In this document: in pieces, positions 55,010-63,213 of the stretch
Position numbering within the stretch: position 1 is the stretch's first letter
Layout of the letters: each line of letters starts with the position of its first letter
DNA from: Myxococcota bacterium
GTDB taxonomy: Bacteria > Myxococcota_A > UBA796 > CAJQPC01
Length of the DNA: 64,000 nt
Direction: 5' to 3'
NCBI GenBank assembly: GCA_036229005.1
Contig: JAZAMN010000024.1
Location: 64,001 to 128,000, forward strand
Program-made: the position numbers and the translations under genes
Notes under the pieces: model-generated
What the model saw: only the letters and a program-made list of their open reading frames with translations
Databases searched by the model: none
What the model was told of the DNA's origin: nothing

Positions 55010-55921
55010 ATGCACGTCGATCCCAGCGCCGCCCAAGCCTCCACCGTCAAGGTGCGGGTGCAGGTGATCGACGTGGAGCCCAGGACCCTGGATCTGACCC
55101 TGCCGGCCTACCTCCCGGCGAAGGATCTGACCCAGCGCGTCGCCCGGGACGCCGGCTTGCCGGACTACTGGCCCGATGGCCACCGCCGCGAGTACTGGCT
55201 GCGGGCCCGGGGGCGCGTGCTGCTCCCGGATGAGAACCTGCAGGATCTGGGCGTGGTCCGGGCCGAGCTGCTGCACCTGCTCCCGGTGCCCCTGGACATG
55301 TCCGAGGTGTTGGAGCGCTACCCCGAGTACCCCGAGACCCGGGGCTACTCCGCAAAGGGCTGGCCTGCGCTGCTGACCTCCGCGGCGGTGCTGCTGCTGT
55401 GGATCGCGGGCTGGGGCCTGGCGCTCTCGGCGTCGCGGAGCTGGGGGGTGACGACCCTGCCGGGCTTTGGCCTGGGGCTCTTCTCGGTCAGCCTGGCCCG
55501 GCACATCTTTGGCGGCGAAGGCTGGCGCTCGCGGGTGGCGGCCGTCGGGTTGGGAATCGGCGTCGCTGCGCTGATCCCCGCCCTGGGGTTGGCCTTCGCG
55601 CTGGGCGCGGAGCTCTCCGTCTTGCAGGTGCAGGGCGCTGTTGGCCTGGGCTTTGTGCTGGCCGGGGTGCTCTTTGGCTGGCTGGCGTGGTGGGGGGCGG
55701 TCGAGCCCCTGGAGAAGCTGCCCGAGCCCGTCAAGGTCGTGGACGCCAAGGAGGTCGTGCACACCTGCGGGATCTGCGGCGGTCAGGTCGACCACAGCGT
55801 GCTGCTGAGCTGCCAGTATCGCTGCGGCCGGGTCTTCCACACCGGCTGCTACAACGCGCGGATGGCCGTGTATCGGGGCGACCCCGGCAACTGTGGGATC
55901 TGCGGCACCCCGGTGGCCTGA
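55010..55921 (+). CDS. Ubiquitin-like (YukD/EsaB-like) domain, 4-5 TM segments, C4HC3 zinc finger
   Basis: VRVQV..TLDLTLP..L..DENLQDLGV...LLHL; C-x2-C-x11-C-x3-C-x4-H-x2-C-x14-C-x2-C. Confidence 0.75.
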   Translation: MHVDPSAAQASTVKVRVQVIDVEPRTLDLTLPAYLPAKDLTQRVARDAGLPDYWPDGHRREYWLRARGRVLLPDENLQDLGVVRAELLHLLPVPLDMSEVLERYPEYPETRGYSAKGWPALLTSAAVLLLWIAGWGLALSASRSWGVTTLPGFGLGLFSVSLARHIFGGEGWRSRVAAVGLGIGVAALIPALGLAFALGAELSVLQVQGAVGLGFVLAGVLFGWLAWWGAVEPLEKLPEPVKVVDAKEVVHTCGICGGQVDHSVLLSCQYRCGRVFHTGCYNARMAVYRGDPGNCGICGTPVA

Positions 55922-55926
55922 GGGCG

Positions 55927-56421
55927 CTACTCCGGTTTGGATCCGGGAACCAGCATCGGGGCCGCGTCGACCTCGCTTGCGTCCATGAGCTCCGCGATCT
56001 CTTCAAGGGAAGAGAGCAAGGCGGCCTGACGCTCCAGCGGCAGGGCGGCGACCTTGGTGAGGAAGCGATCCTGGAGGGGGGAGGGTCCGCTCTCCAGCCG
56101 CTGCTCTCCCTTGGCCGTCAGGGTCAGGTGCAGGCGGCGTCGATCCCGCGTGCTGCGCTCCCGACTCACCAGTCCGGCCTGGACCAGGCGCTCGATGATG
56201 GGGGAGACCGTGCCGCGGCTGAGGCCGACGTGGTCAGCGACCAGGGCCAGGGTGATCTCCTCGGCGTCGAGCTCGTGGATGGCGCGGAGGCAGAGGAGCT
56301 GGGGGACGGTGAGCCCAGTCTCCTTGGCCAGGGTCTTGGAGTGCAACGAGACCCGTCGGACGATGCGACGGACGGAGCGGAGCAGGGAATAGCCGAGCGC
56401 GCTGTGGGAATCCTGGGGCAC
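55927..56421 (-). CDS. MarR family regulator (EctR-like)
   Basis: GLTVPQLLCL, LSRGTVSPIIERL, RSTRDRRR..LTAKG. Confidence 0.92.
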   Translation of the reverse strand: MPQDSHSALGYSLLRSVRRIVRRVSLHSKTLAKETGLTVPQLLCLRAIHELDAEEITLALVADHVGLSRGTVSPIIERLVQAGLVSRERSTRDRRRLHLTLTAKGEQRLESGPSPLQDRFLTKVAALPLERQAALLSSLEEIAELMDASEVDAAPMLVPGSKPE

Positions 56422-56485
56422 CTTGGCCTCCGGCGAGGTTGGGGCGCTTAGCGCGACGCGCCGCGATCGTCACGCCCAAACAGGC

Positions 56486-56530
56486 TTGCAATAATGATTT
56501 GCGTATGTCATAGTAAGTGGGCAAATCATT
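56486..56530 (+). promoter_or_regulatory. Sigma70-like promoter overlapped by a 10-bp inverted repeat (probable MarR operator)
   Basis: TTGCAA-N17-CATAGT; AATGATTTGC (56493-56502) and GCAAATCATT (56521-56530). Confidence 0.65.
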
Positions 56531-56553
56531 TGAACCCCATCCAAGGAGCCTCT

Positions 56554-56784
56554 TTGTCCACGCAGGTCCAATCCAACTCCGACCGACTCTTCGAACTCCG
56601 CACCCGCGCCCACGAGGGCAAGCTCTTCTCGCGCCAGAGGGCCGTTGAGCTCGCCAAGCAGGCCAGCCGCAAGCGCCGCCGCTCGATCCAGGTGGCCTCG
56701 ACCGATGGCCGCATCGAGATGTCCTTTCAGGACGGCGGGCTCTACAGCTACATGACGAACGACCGCCGTCGGAGGCGCAAGTGA
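56554..56784 (+). CDS. Small basic hypothetical protein
   Basis: AAGGAG SD, TTG start, GTGA overlap with the next gene. Confidence 0.6.
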   Translation: MSTQVQSNSDRLFELRTRAHEGKLFSRQRAVELAKQASRKRRRSIQVASTDGRIEMSFQDGGLYSYMTNDRRRRRK

Positions 56785-57776
56785 GCGAGCCTGGCATGGA
56801 GTCCGATCTCGGCCTCCCCAGGACCGTTCAACCCCAGAAGCTGGACGGCGAGCAGCGCCTGTTCCGGCACAAGCTGCGCCCACAGTGGGGCGTGGGTCTG
56901 TGGGTCTCGGGGAACAAGCGCAAGCGGCGCCTCCGCTTCGAGGATGGACGCCTGCGGGCCATCGCCAAGGGCTTCTACGACCTCTTGGAGCCGGTGAACC
57001 CAGAGCGCGTCGACGTTGACGCTGTGCTGGAGACGCTGGAGAGCGAGCATCAGTCTGCCAAGTCCCGGGAGGCCAACCCCTCCAAGCCGCCGGTGATGAC
57101 ACTCCCGCAACAGCTTCAGGTGTTCGGCGAGGTGTTCGAGGGTGGCTTTGACGGTCAGGAGTACGCCCAGGAGCGACGCCCTGACGGCGCTGAGAAGCGC
57201 GCGAACGTCGGACTCGCGTCCCTGAAGGCGCAGGAGCTGCTGGCGGAGGAGGCGCTGCGTGCGTCCACGCCACAGCAGGCGCGGGAGCGGCTCGTGAACG
57301 CCCTGGGCGAGACCGCCTGGGTGGGCCCCTCCAAGCTCAAGCCGCTGCAGCGAGAGCTGTCTGAGGACAAGCTGGTCAAGCTCCGGGAGGGGCTGATCGC
57401 GCTCTTGTGGGGCGAAGGCCGCTTCCGCAAGCGCTTTGACCAGTGGGTCGCGGCTCTCGGCGCTGCGCTGGGACGCGCCCCCGGTTGGCGCCTCGCCACC
57501 GCCCCCGCAGCCCTGGTCCACCCGGACAAGCAGGTCTTTGTGCGGCGCCAGGTGATGAGCCTTCAGGCCCGCCTCTTTGGCGGCAAGCCCTTGGAGGCCA
57601 AGCCCTCGGGCGCTGCGTATCGGCGCGCTCGTCGCACCGCGCTCGCGCTGCGGAAGGAGCTGAACCGGGGCACCGAGCAGGCCGAGCGCGACATGCTCGA
57701 CGTGGCCGTGTTCGTCTGGGAGACCCTCAGGCCCTCCGGTCAGAAGCTGCTCAACGAAACCCCCCAGCCGGCGTAG
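56781..57776 (+). CDS. Hypothetical protein
   Basis: Long ORF with GC3 bias; N-terminal FRHKLRPQWGVG (SH3-like). Confidence 0.7.
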   Translation: MSEPGMESDLGLPRTVQPQKLDGEQRLFRHKLRPQWGVGLWVSGNKRKRRLRFEDGRLRAIAKGFYDLLEPVNPERVDVDAVLETLESEHQSAKSREANPSKPPVMTLPQQLQVFGEVFEGGFDGQEYAQERRPDGAEKRANVGLASLKAQELLAEEALRASTPQQARERLVNALGETAWVGPSKLKPLQRELSEDKLVKLREGLIALLWGEGRFRKRFDQWVAALGAALGRAPGWRLATAPAALVHPDKQVFVRRQVMSLQARLFGGKPLEAKPSGAAYRRARRTALALRKELNRGTEQAERDMLDVAVFVWETLRPSGQKLLNETPQPA

Positions 57777-58130
57777 CCGACTGGCCGCCCACTCAGGGCG
57801 CCCCTCACCCAAGAACTGGAGGAAATCATCTCACGCCGAAACGCAAAGCCGGCCCACGCAAATCACAGAGACATGCTGCTGCTCACCAGGGGAGTCGGTC
57901 GCCGCTCAGACAGCGGGACCCAGGCGCTGAACGCCTACCTGGACAGCCCCCTCAAGGCCCAAGGTGGGCACCTGATGGGGCGCGAAGCGCTGAACGCAGT
58001 GCTCTTTCCCCAGAGCTGAGGCGCCCGCCCTCGCTCTACAAGTCCACGCCCTGCCGGTCTGACGGTGGGGCGCGGCGCGTCCTTGCCCGAGCTGCGCCTC
58101 GGGCCCCCGAAATCCCATGCTGGAGGACCT

Positions 58131-59018
58131 TTGTCCCAGAAGACCGCACCCGAGCTCCCCGAACTGAAAGACCCCAAGCCCCGCTGGACCCACGTGGACC
58201 TCGGCAACGGCGTCAGCGCCGCTGATGACGCCTACTCCGACCGCGTCCGCTGCAAGCACCCGGACTCCCAGGTGGACGGCGCGTGGCTGGGACAGGCCTT
58301 GGTCGACAGCGCCAGCTCCTCGGGGCGGGGACGCAGCATCGTCTTCTGCAGGCAGCCCCAGGTGCCCGGGTTGGTGAGCCAGGGTTTCGGGGTCGAGGCC
58401 TGCCTCCCCTCCTTCTACAAGAACGGCCGGCCCTGCTTTGCCCTGTCCAGGCCTACGGAGGGCAGCGCTGGCAAGTCCCAGCCGGGCAGGCAGGCGCGCA
58501 AGGTGGACCGACTGTTGGCGAAGGCGCACAAGCGTCCCTCTCGTTGGCGGCAGCCGGTGGTCACGCGCAAGGCTCGGGTGACGGAGGCGGGTCGCATCGC
58601 GGCTTTGATGGGGGAGGTGTTCGAGGCCTACCCCACACCGATCGCTGCACCCTCCTACATCCAGGACCTCATGCACCACGGGACGCTCTTTCGCGTCGTC
58701 GAGGACAAGGAGGGGGAGCTTGTGGCCTGCGCGAGCGCGGAGCCCGTGGCAGGCGCCCCGGTAGCGGAGATCTCCGACTGCGCGACGGCGACCTCCCAGC
58801 GGGGCAAGGGGCTGCAGCAGGCCCTGATCAAGGACCTGATGGCCGACCTCCAGGCCAAGGGCTACCGGAGCTGCTATTCGCTGGCGCGCGCCCGGGTGCC
58901 GGGGATGAACCTGAGCCTGGCGCGTCAGGGCTTCACCCGGCGGGGGCGGATGCACCGCTACTGCCGCATCGGGACGGGCCTTGAGGACATGAACGTCTGG
59001 TCGCGCGCCCTGGCCTGA
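58131..59018 (+). CDS. GNAT acetyltransferase, beta-lysine N-acetyltransferase (AblB-like)
   Basis: VFEAYPTPI, ACASAE, AEISDCAT..RGKGL, YSLARA..GMN, I.TGLEDMNVW; GGAGG SD, TTG start. Confidence 0.8.
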   Translation: MSQKTAPELPELKDPKPRWTHVDLGNGVSAADDAYSDRVRCKHPDSQVDGAWLGQALVDSASSSGRGRSIVFCRQPQVPGLVSQGFGVEACLPSFYKNGRPCFALSRPTEGSAGKSQPGRQARKVDRLLAKAHKRPSRWRQPVVTRKARVTEAGRIAALMGEVFEAYPTPIAAPSYIQDLMHHGTLFRVVEDKEGELVACASAEPVAGAPVAEISDCATATSQRGKGLQQALIKDLMADLQAKGYRSCYSLARARVPGMNLSLARQGFTRRGRMHRYCRIGTGLEDMNVWSRALA

Positions 59019-59020
59019 GC

Positions 59021-59611
59021 TCAGGCGACCTTGCGCAGGGGCTTGGGGCTGCGCAGGCGGAAGAGGGGGGGCTCTCCCGAGCGACAGCGGCAGGCCACTG
59101 CGATCTCGAACATGCCCAGCGAGGTGTAGACCTCGTCGGCGAAGGACCAGCCGGGCTTCCAGGTGGGCCAGCGGCGGTTGACCAGGGTGATGGCCTCCCG
59201 GGCGCCGTCCAGGTCGCGGCGGTTCCAGGCAGCCACGGCGGCTTCCCAGGCCTGCAGGACGCGATCGTGCGGGCGGGTGCGGGGACCGGGCTGACCCAGG
59301 ATCTGAAGGGCGACGGCCAGAGCGACCTGCGCGGAGGCCGGAGGGACCACCTCTCGGAGGATCTCCGCGTCGAGCAGGATCTGCCAGTCCAGGTCCGAGG
59401 TGGCGCGGATCCGCACCGGCCCCGTCTCGGGGAGCAGCTCGTGGAGCTTGGAGTCCGACATCCACACGCCCTTGCGGAGTCCGGCTGGGCGCGGTCTGAC
59501 CGAGCTCACGAGCGCGAGCGTCTCCGGCAGCTCTCGACCCAACAGGGCCTCCAGTGCGCCGGGCGGACCGTCGTCCAGGATGATCAAGCGCGGTGTAGGT
59601 GCCTTGTGCAT
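59021..59611 (-). CDS. Hypothetical protein resembling the C-terminal domain of the GT2 at 15115-16839
   Basis: RLIILDDGPPGALEA..GPVRIR..W.PGW..LG...A.ACR; GGAGG SD. Confidence 0.7.
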   Translation of the reverse strand: MHKAPTPRLIILDDGPPGALEALLGRELPETLALVSSVRPRPAGLRKGVWMSDSKLHELLPETGPVRIRATSDLDWQILLDAEILREVVPPASAQVALAVALQILGQPGPRTRPHDRVLQAWEAAVAAWNRRDLDGAREAITLVNRRWPTWKPGWSFADEVYTSLGMFEIAVACRCRSGEPPLFRLRSPKPLRKVA

Positions 59612-59705
59612 GAAGCCTCCCGTATGTGAAAGCCTTTCGGCGCGATCGACGCTGGCGTTAGCCGCGGGAAAGGACACAGACAGGCTGCACAGGTAGAATG
59701 CACTC

Positions 59706-60260
59706 ATGACTCGTCTTTTGATGCTGGTATTGGCTCTCTCCACCCTGGCCTTCGCGGGGGATCGCGAACAGGCCGAGCTCGAACGCTACAGCGAGGACCT
59801 CGCCACCCTGTCCGAGCGGCAGGCGTGGGAGGGCGTGGAGCGCACCTACGAGAAGATCATGGAGCTCGCCGGCGTGGACATCCCGCGGGAAGTCCACATG
59901 CAGGGCGCGCACGCGGCCCGCGCGACCGGGGACATGTCCGCCGTCCTGGAGCGCCTGGAGCGCGCCCAGGAGGTGGAGAAGGACGACGAGACCGCGCAGT
60001 GGATCAACGAGATCAACCAGAGCTACTCCCGGGTCGAGCTGATCGTGCCCAAGGGCGTCGTGCTGGTGCCCGAGATGATGCCCTTCGCGCCGGATCAGCG
60101 GCTGCAGGTCGAGAAGGCCGCGCAGGCGCTCAAGGATGAGGGCCAGTTCTCCGGGCTGCTCCCGGTCGGCAACTACACCCTGGGCGGCGTCGGGTTCGAG
60201 GTCGTCGCCGGGATCACGGCCAAGGTCGAGCTCTCCGGTCGCGAGCTGCGGAAGCAGTGA
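59706..60260 (+). CDS. Exported hypothetical protein (TPR-like)
   Basis: Signal peptide ending AFA; helical pattern. Confidence 0.7.
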   Translation: MTRLLMLVLALSTLAFAGDREQAELERYSEDLATLSERQAWEGVERTYEKIMELAGVDIPREVHMQGAHAARATGDMSAVLERLERAQEVEKDDETAQWINEINQSYSRVELIVPKGVVLVPEMMPFAPDQRLQVEKAAQALKDEGQFSGLLPVGNYTLGGVGFEVVAGITAKVELSGRELRKQ

Positions 60261-61747
60261 TGTTCCTGGCCCTGCTGCTCGGGTCCGCGGTCGCGGAGGC
60301 CCAGACCGCCCGCGATGAGTTCGGGTTCACCGTCACCCTCTCCGGGGGCGGCTACATCACGGACCCCGACGAGAACATCCAGACCTCGTGGACCGTGAAC
60401 CCCCGCGTCGGGTACAGCCTGACCCGCTCGCTGCACCTGGAGGCCCACAGCGGCTGGATGCAGAACGAGACCCGCGGTTGGGGCTACCGCTACGACGCCT
60501 TGACCCCTCGCCTGGACCTGCTCTGGCTGATCAACCCCGAGCTGCCAGTGATCCCCTTCCTGGCGGCTGGCCCCGGCATGTACTGGGTGCGGGTGAACCG
60601 CCTGGAGGACTCGCAGGAGGAGCAGGAGTTCCCCGGCTCCAACCTGGGCAACTACAAGAACCCCGACCAGGACCTGCTGCTCAACATCGGGCCGGGGCTG
60701 CTCATCCCCCTGGCTGGGGCCATGTCGCTGCGCCTGGACGCCCGCTACATCTACACCCTGGGGCAGGAGCCCTACGCCGGCCACGACGACCTCTACAACA
60801 ACCTGGAGCTCACCGCGGGCTTCATGTTCCGGGCCGCCGAGCGCAACCGGGACGCTGACGGCGACTCGATCCTGGACAAGTACGACACCTGCCCGGAGAA
60901 GCCCGAGGACTGGGACACCTGGGAGGACGAGGACGGCTGCCCCGACCCCGACAACGACGGGGACGGCGTGGCGGACATCGACGATGACTGCCCGCTGGAC
61001 GCCGAGGACATGGATGGCTTCCAGGACGGCGACGGCTGCCCCGAGTGGGACAACGACAACGACGGGATCCCCGACGATCTGGACCAGTGCGCGACCCGCC
61101 GCGAGGACCAGGACGGCTACCGGGACGACGACGGCTGCCCGGACACCGACAACGACGGCGACGGCATCCCCGACCTGAACGACCGCTGCCCCAACCACCC
61201 CGAGGACATCGACTCCTTCCAGGACGACGACGGGTGTGAGGACGGCGACAACGACGGGGACGGCCTGCCGGATGGCCTGGATAGCTGCCCCTTCGACGCC
61301 GAGATCTACAACGGCCACGAAGACGAGGACGGCTGCCCGGACGAGACCCCCAAGGAGATCGAGCGCTTCACGGGCGTGATCCACGGGGTGAACTTCGAGG
61401 TCAACTCCGACAAGATCACCGTCGAGAGCTACCGCATCCTGGACGAGGCCGCCGCGGTGCTGCTCAAGTACCCCGAGCTGCGCATCGAGGTGCAGGGTCA
61501 CACCGACTCCGACGGCAGCGAGGAGTCCAACTTCGACCTGTCCGACCGCCGCGCCGAGTCCGTGGTCCGCTACCTGGTGGGCCGCGGGGTGGCTGCCGAG
61601 CGCCTGACCTGGATGGGCTACGGCGAGAGCCGCCCGCTGGTCGGCAACGACAGCGCCGAGGGCAAGGCCATCAACCGCCGCGTGGAGTTCCACCTGGTGG
61701 GGGAGGCCCAGCAGGAGGCCTCTCGGGAGGAGGACGCCGGCTACTGA
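60257..61747 (+). CDS. OmpA family protein with N-terminal barrel and thrombospondin type-3 Ca-binding repeats
   Basis: D.DGDG..D..D.CP...ED repeats; VNFE, IEVQGHTD, LSDRRA, GYGESRP, NRRVEF. Confidence 0.93.
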   Translation: MMFLALLLGSAVAEAQTARDEFGFTVTLSGGGYITDPDENIQTSWTVNPRVGYSLTRSLHLEAHSGWMQNETRGWGYRYDALTPRLDLLWLINPELPVIPFLAAGPGMYWVRVNRLEDSQEEQEFPGSNLGNYKNPDQDLLLNIGPGLLIPLAGAMSLRLDARYIYTLGQEPYAGHDDLYNNLELTAGFMFRAAERNRDADGDSILDKYDTCPEKPEDWDTWEDEDGCPDPDNDGDGVADIDDDCPLDAEDMDGFQDGDGCPEWDNDNDGIPDDLDQCATRREDQDGYRDDDGCPDTDNDGDGIPDLNDRCPNHPEDIDSFQDDDGCEDGDNDGDGLPDGLDSCPFDAEIYNGHEDEDGCPDETPKEIERFTGVIHGVNFEVNSDKITVESYRILDEAAAVLLKYPELRIEVQGHTDSDGSEESNFDLSDRRAESVVRYLVGRGVAAERLTWMGYGESRPLVGNDSAEGKAINRRVEFHLVGEAQQEASREEDAGY

Positions 61748-61754
61748 GGGCGCC

Positions 61755-62465
61755 TCAGGTGAAGCGCTCCCAGTTGCCGTTGATCAGCCGCTCGTTGGGC
61801 TTGAAGCGCGACTTGTAGTTGAGCTGCGCGCAGCCCTGCACGTAGAGCCCCAGGTAGTAGTGCTCAAAGCCGCGCTGCCGCAGCCACGAGATCTCGGCCA
61901 GCACCGAGAAAGTGCCCAGGCTGCGTCGCTCCAACTCCGGGTCGAAGTAGAAGTACACGGACGAGGCGTCCTTCTCCCCGACGTCCAGGATCCCCACGCC
62001 GACGAGCTTGCCGTCCAGCAGGTAGCGGGTCTCGATGGTGTGGGTGCAGGTGGTCACCAGCCAGTGCCGGTAGTGCTCTGCGCTGGTCGGCGTGTCCGCC
62101 AGGTCCCGCAGCAGCTTGTGCTTGTTGAAGAGCTCCAGGTGCTCCTGATCGACCACCGGGGCCCCCGCCAGCACCTGCAGATCGGCGTTCCGCCGGATGA
62201 TCCGCCGCTGGCTCTTTGAGGGCTTGAAGTCTGCGATGGGCACCCGGATCCCCTGGCACTCCCGGCACGACGGGCAGCTCGGCCGGTAGAGGCTGCGGCC
62301 CACCCGCCGGTCCGAGCTGGCGAGCAGCGCGTCGTAGTCCTGGGCGGCGATGTTCTGCCGGTACCAGCGCAGGGGGAGCACCGCCGTTCGGCCCTCCAGG
62401 TAGGGGCAGGGGTGCGGAGTCGCGTCGATGGGGATGCCCTGCGGGGGGCCGTCCAAGCTCGCCAT
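61755..62465 (-). CDS. Arginyltransferase family (bacterial Bpt/Ate-like aminoacyl-tRNA-protein transferase)
   Basis: PCPYL, RRVG..YRPSCPSCRECQGIRV, SSVYFYFDP, SLGTFS, YYLG, YKSRFKP. Confidence 0.9.
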   Translation of the reverse strand: MASLDGPPQGIPIDATPHPCPYLEGRTAVLPLRWYRQNIAAQDYDALLASSDRRVGRSLYRPSCPSCRECQGIRVPIADFKPSKSQRRIIRRNADLQVLAGAPVVDQEHLELFNKHKLLRDLADTPTSAEHYRHWLVTTCTHTIETRYLLDGKLVGVGILDVGEKDASSVYFYFDPELERRSLGTFSVLAEISWLRQRGFEHYYLGLYVQGCAQLNYKSRFKPNERLINGNWERFT

Positions 62466-62514
62466 GGCGTTCACTGTATCCCAGCCACAGGGCCGGGCTC
62501 GGTCTCGGTGCGGG

Positions 62515-63168
62515 TCATCGGCGCGTGAGCACCTGCTCCAGAGCCTTGCGCTGGAGGTCGGGGACCTTGACGTCCGGGGCGGGGTGGCCCACCGCCAGCA
62601 GCAGCCAGGCGCGCTCTCCAGCGGGCCGCTCCAGGATGTCCTTGAGGAACTTCATGGGGCTGGGGGTGTGGGTGACCGCCACCAGGTTGGCGCGGTTGAT
62701 CGCCGCCAGCAGCATGCCCGTCGCCAGGCCCACGGACTCGGTGACGTAGTAGTTCTTGCCCTGCTCCCCCTGGTTCACCGCGAACACCGCGATCAGCCAG
62801 GGTGCCTCGGTCAGGTAGGGCTTGTTCGCGTCGGTGTTGAAGGGCTTGAGGGCCTGCTTCCAGGTGTCCGGGAAGCGGCTCTCGTAGTTCCGCCGCTCCT
62901 CCTGCTCGGCGGCCTCACGGATCTGGGCCTTGAGCGCCGGGTCCTGGATGGCCACGAAGTGCCAGGGCTGCCGGTGTGCCCCCGAGGGCGCCGTGCTCGC
63001 GGCCTGGACGCAGGCTTGAATGACCTCGAAGGGGATGGGGTCGGTGGAGAAGCGCCGGACCGTCCGACGCAGCGCCAGCTCGTCCCCCAGGCTGCGCACG
63101 CGCTGCAGCATCTCCTGGTCATCCAGCTTCTCCCGACGGTACGGGATCCAGTCTTCGGGTTCGTCCAC
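62515..63168 (-). CDS. Nitroreductase family, iodotyrosine-deiodinase-like
   Basis: RRTVRRFS, TAPSGAHRQPWHF, IREAAEQEE..NY, KPYLTEAP, ESVGLA, THTPSPM. Confidence 0.88.
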   Translation of the reverse strand: MDEPEDWIPYRREKLDDQEMLQRVRSLGDELALRRTVRRFSTDPIPFEVIQACVQAASTAPSGAHRQPWHFVAIQDPALKAQIREAAEQEERRNYESRFPDTWKQALKPFNTDANKPYLTEAPWLIAVFAVNQGEQGKNYYVTESVGLATGMLLAAINRANLVAVTHTPSPMKFLKDILERPAGERAWLLLAVGHPAPDVKVPDLQRKALEQVLTRR

Positions 63169-63213
63169 GGCAGCTCCTTGTGGCTTGCGGTAGCCTGCAC
63201 GGACGGAGTGTGC

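Noticed and set aside
57830..57860. ACGCAAAGCC resembling a c-di-GMP-I riboswitch core
   Set aside because: The preceding GGCAAAC/GNRA P2 stem and the downstream receptor helix are not evident; an Infernal search with RF01051 would settle it
60850..61345. Asp-rich DNA repeats (also about 14190-14590)
   Set aside because: Ordinary TSP3 and MopE-type protein repeats, common in this kind of genome
61755..62465. Functional link between the Ate/Bpt transferase and the Ubl-RING protein (N-degron pathway)
   Set aside because: 6 kb apart with unrelated genes between; Bpt/Ate is a common housekeeping gene
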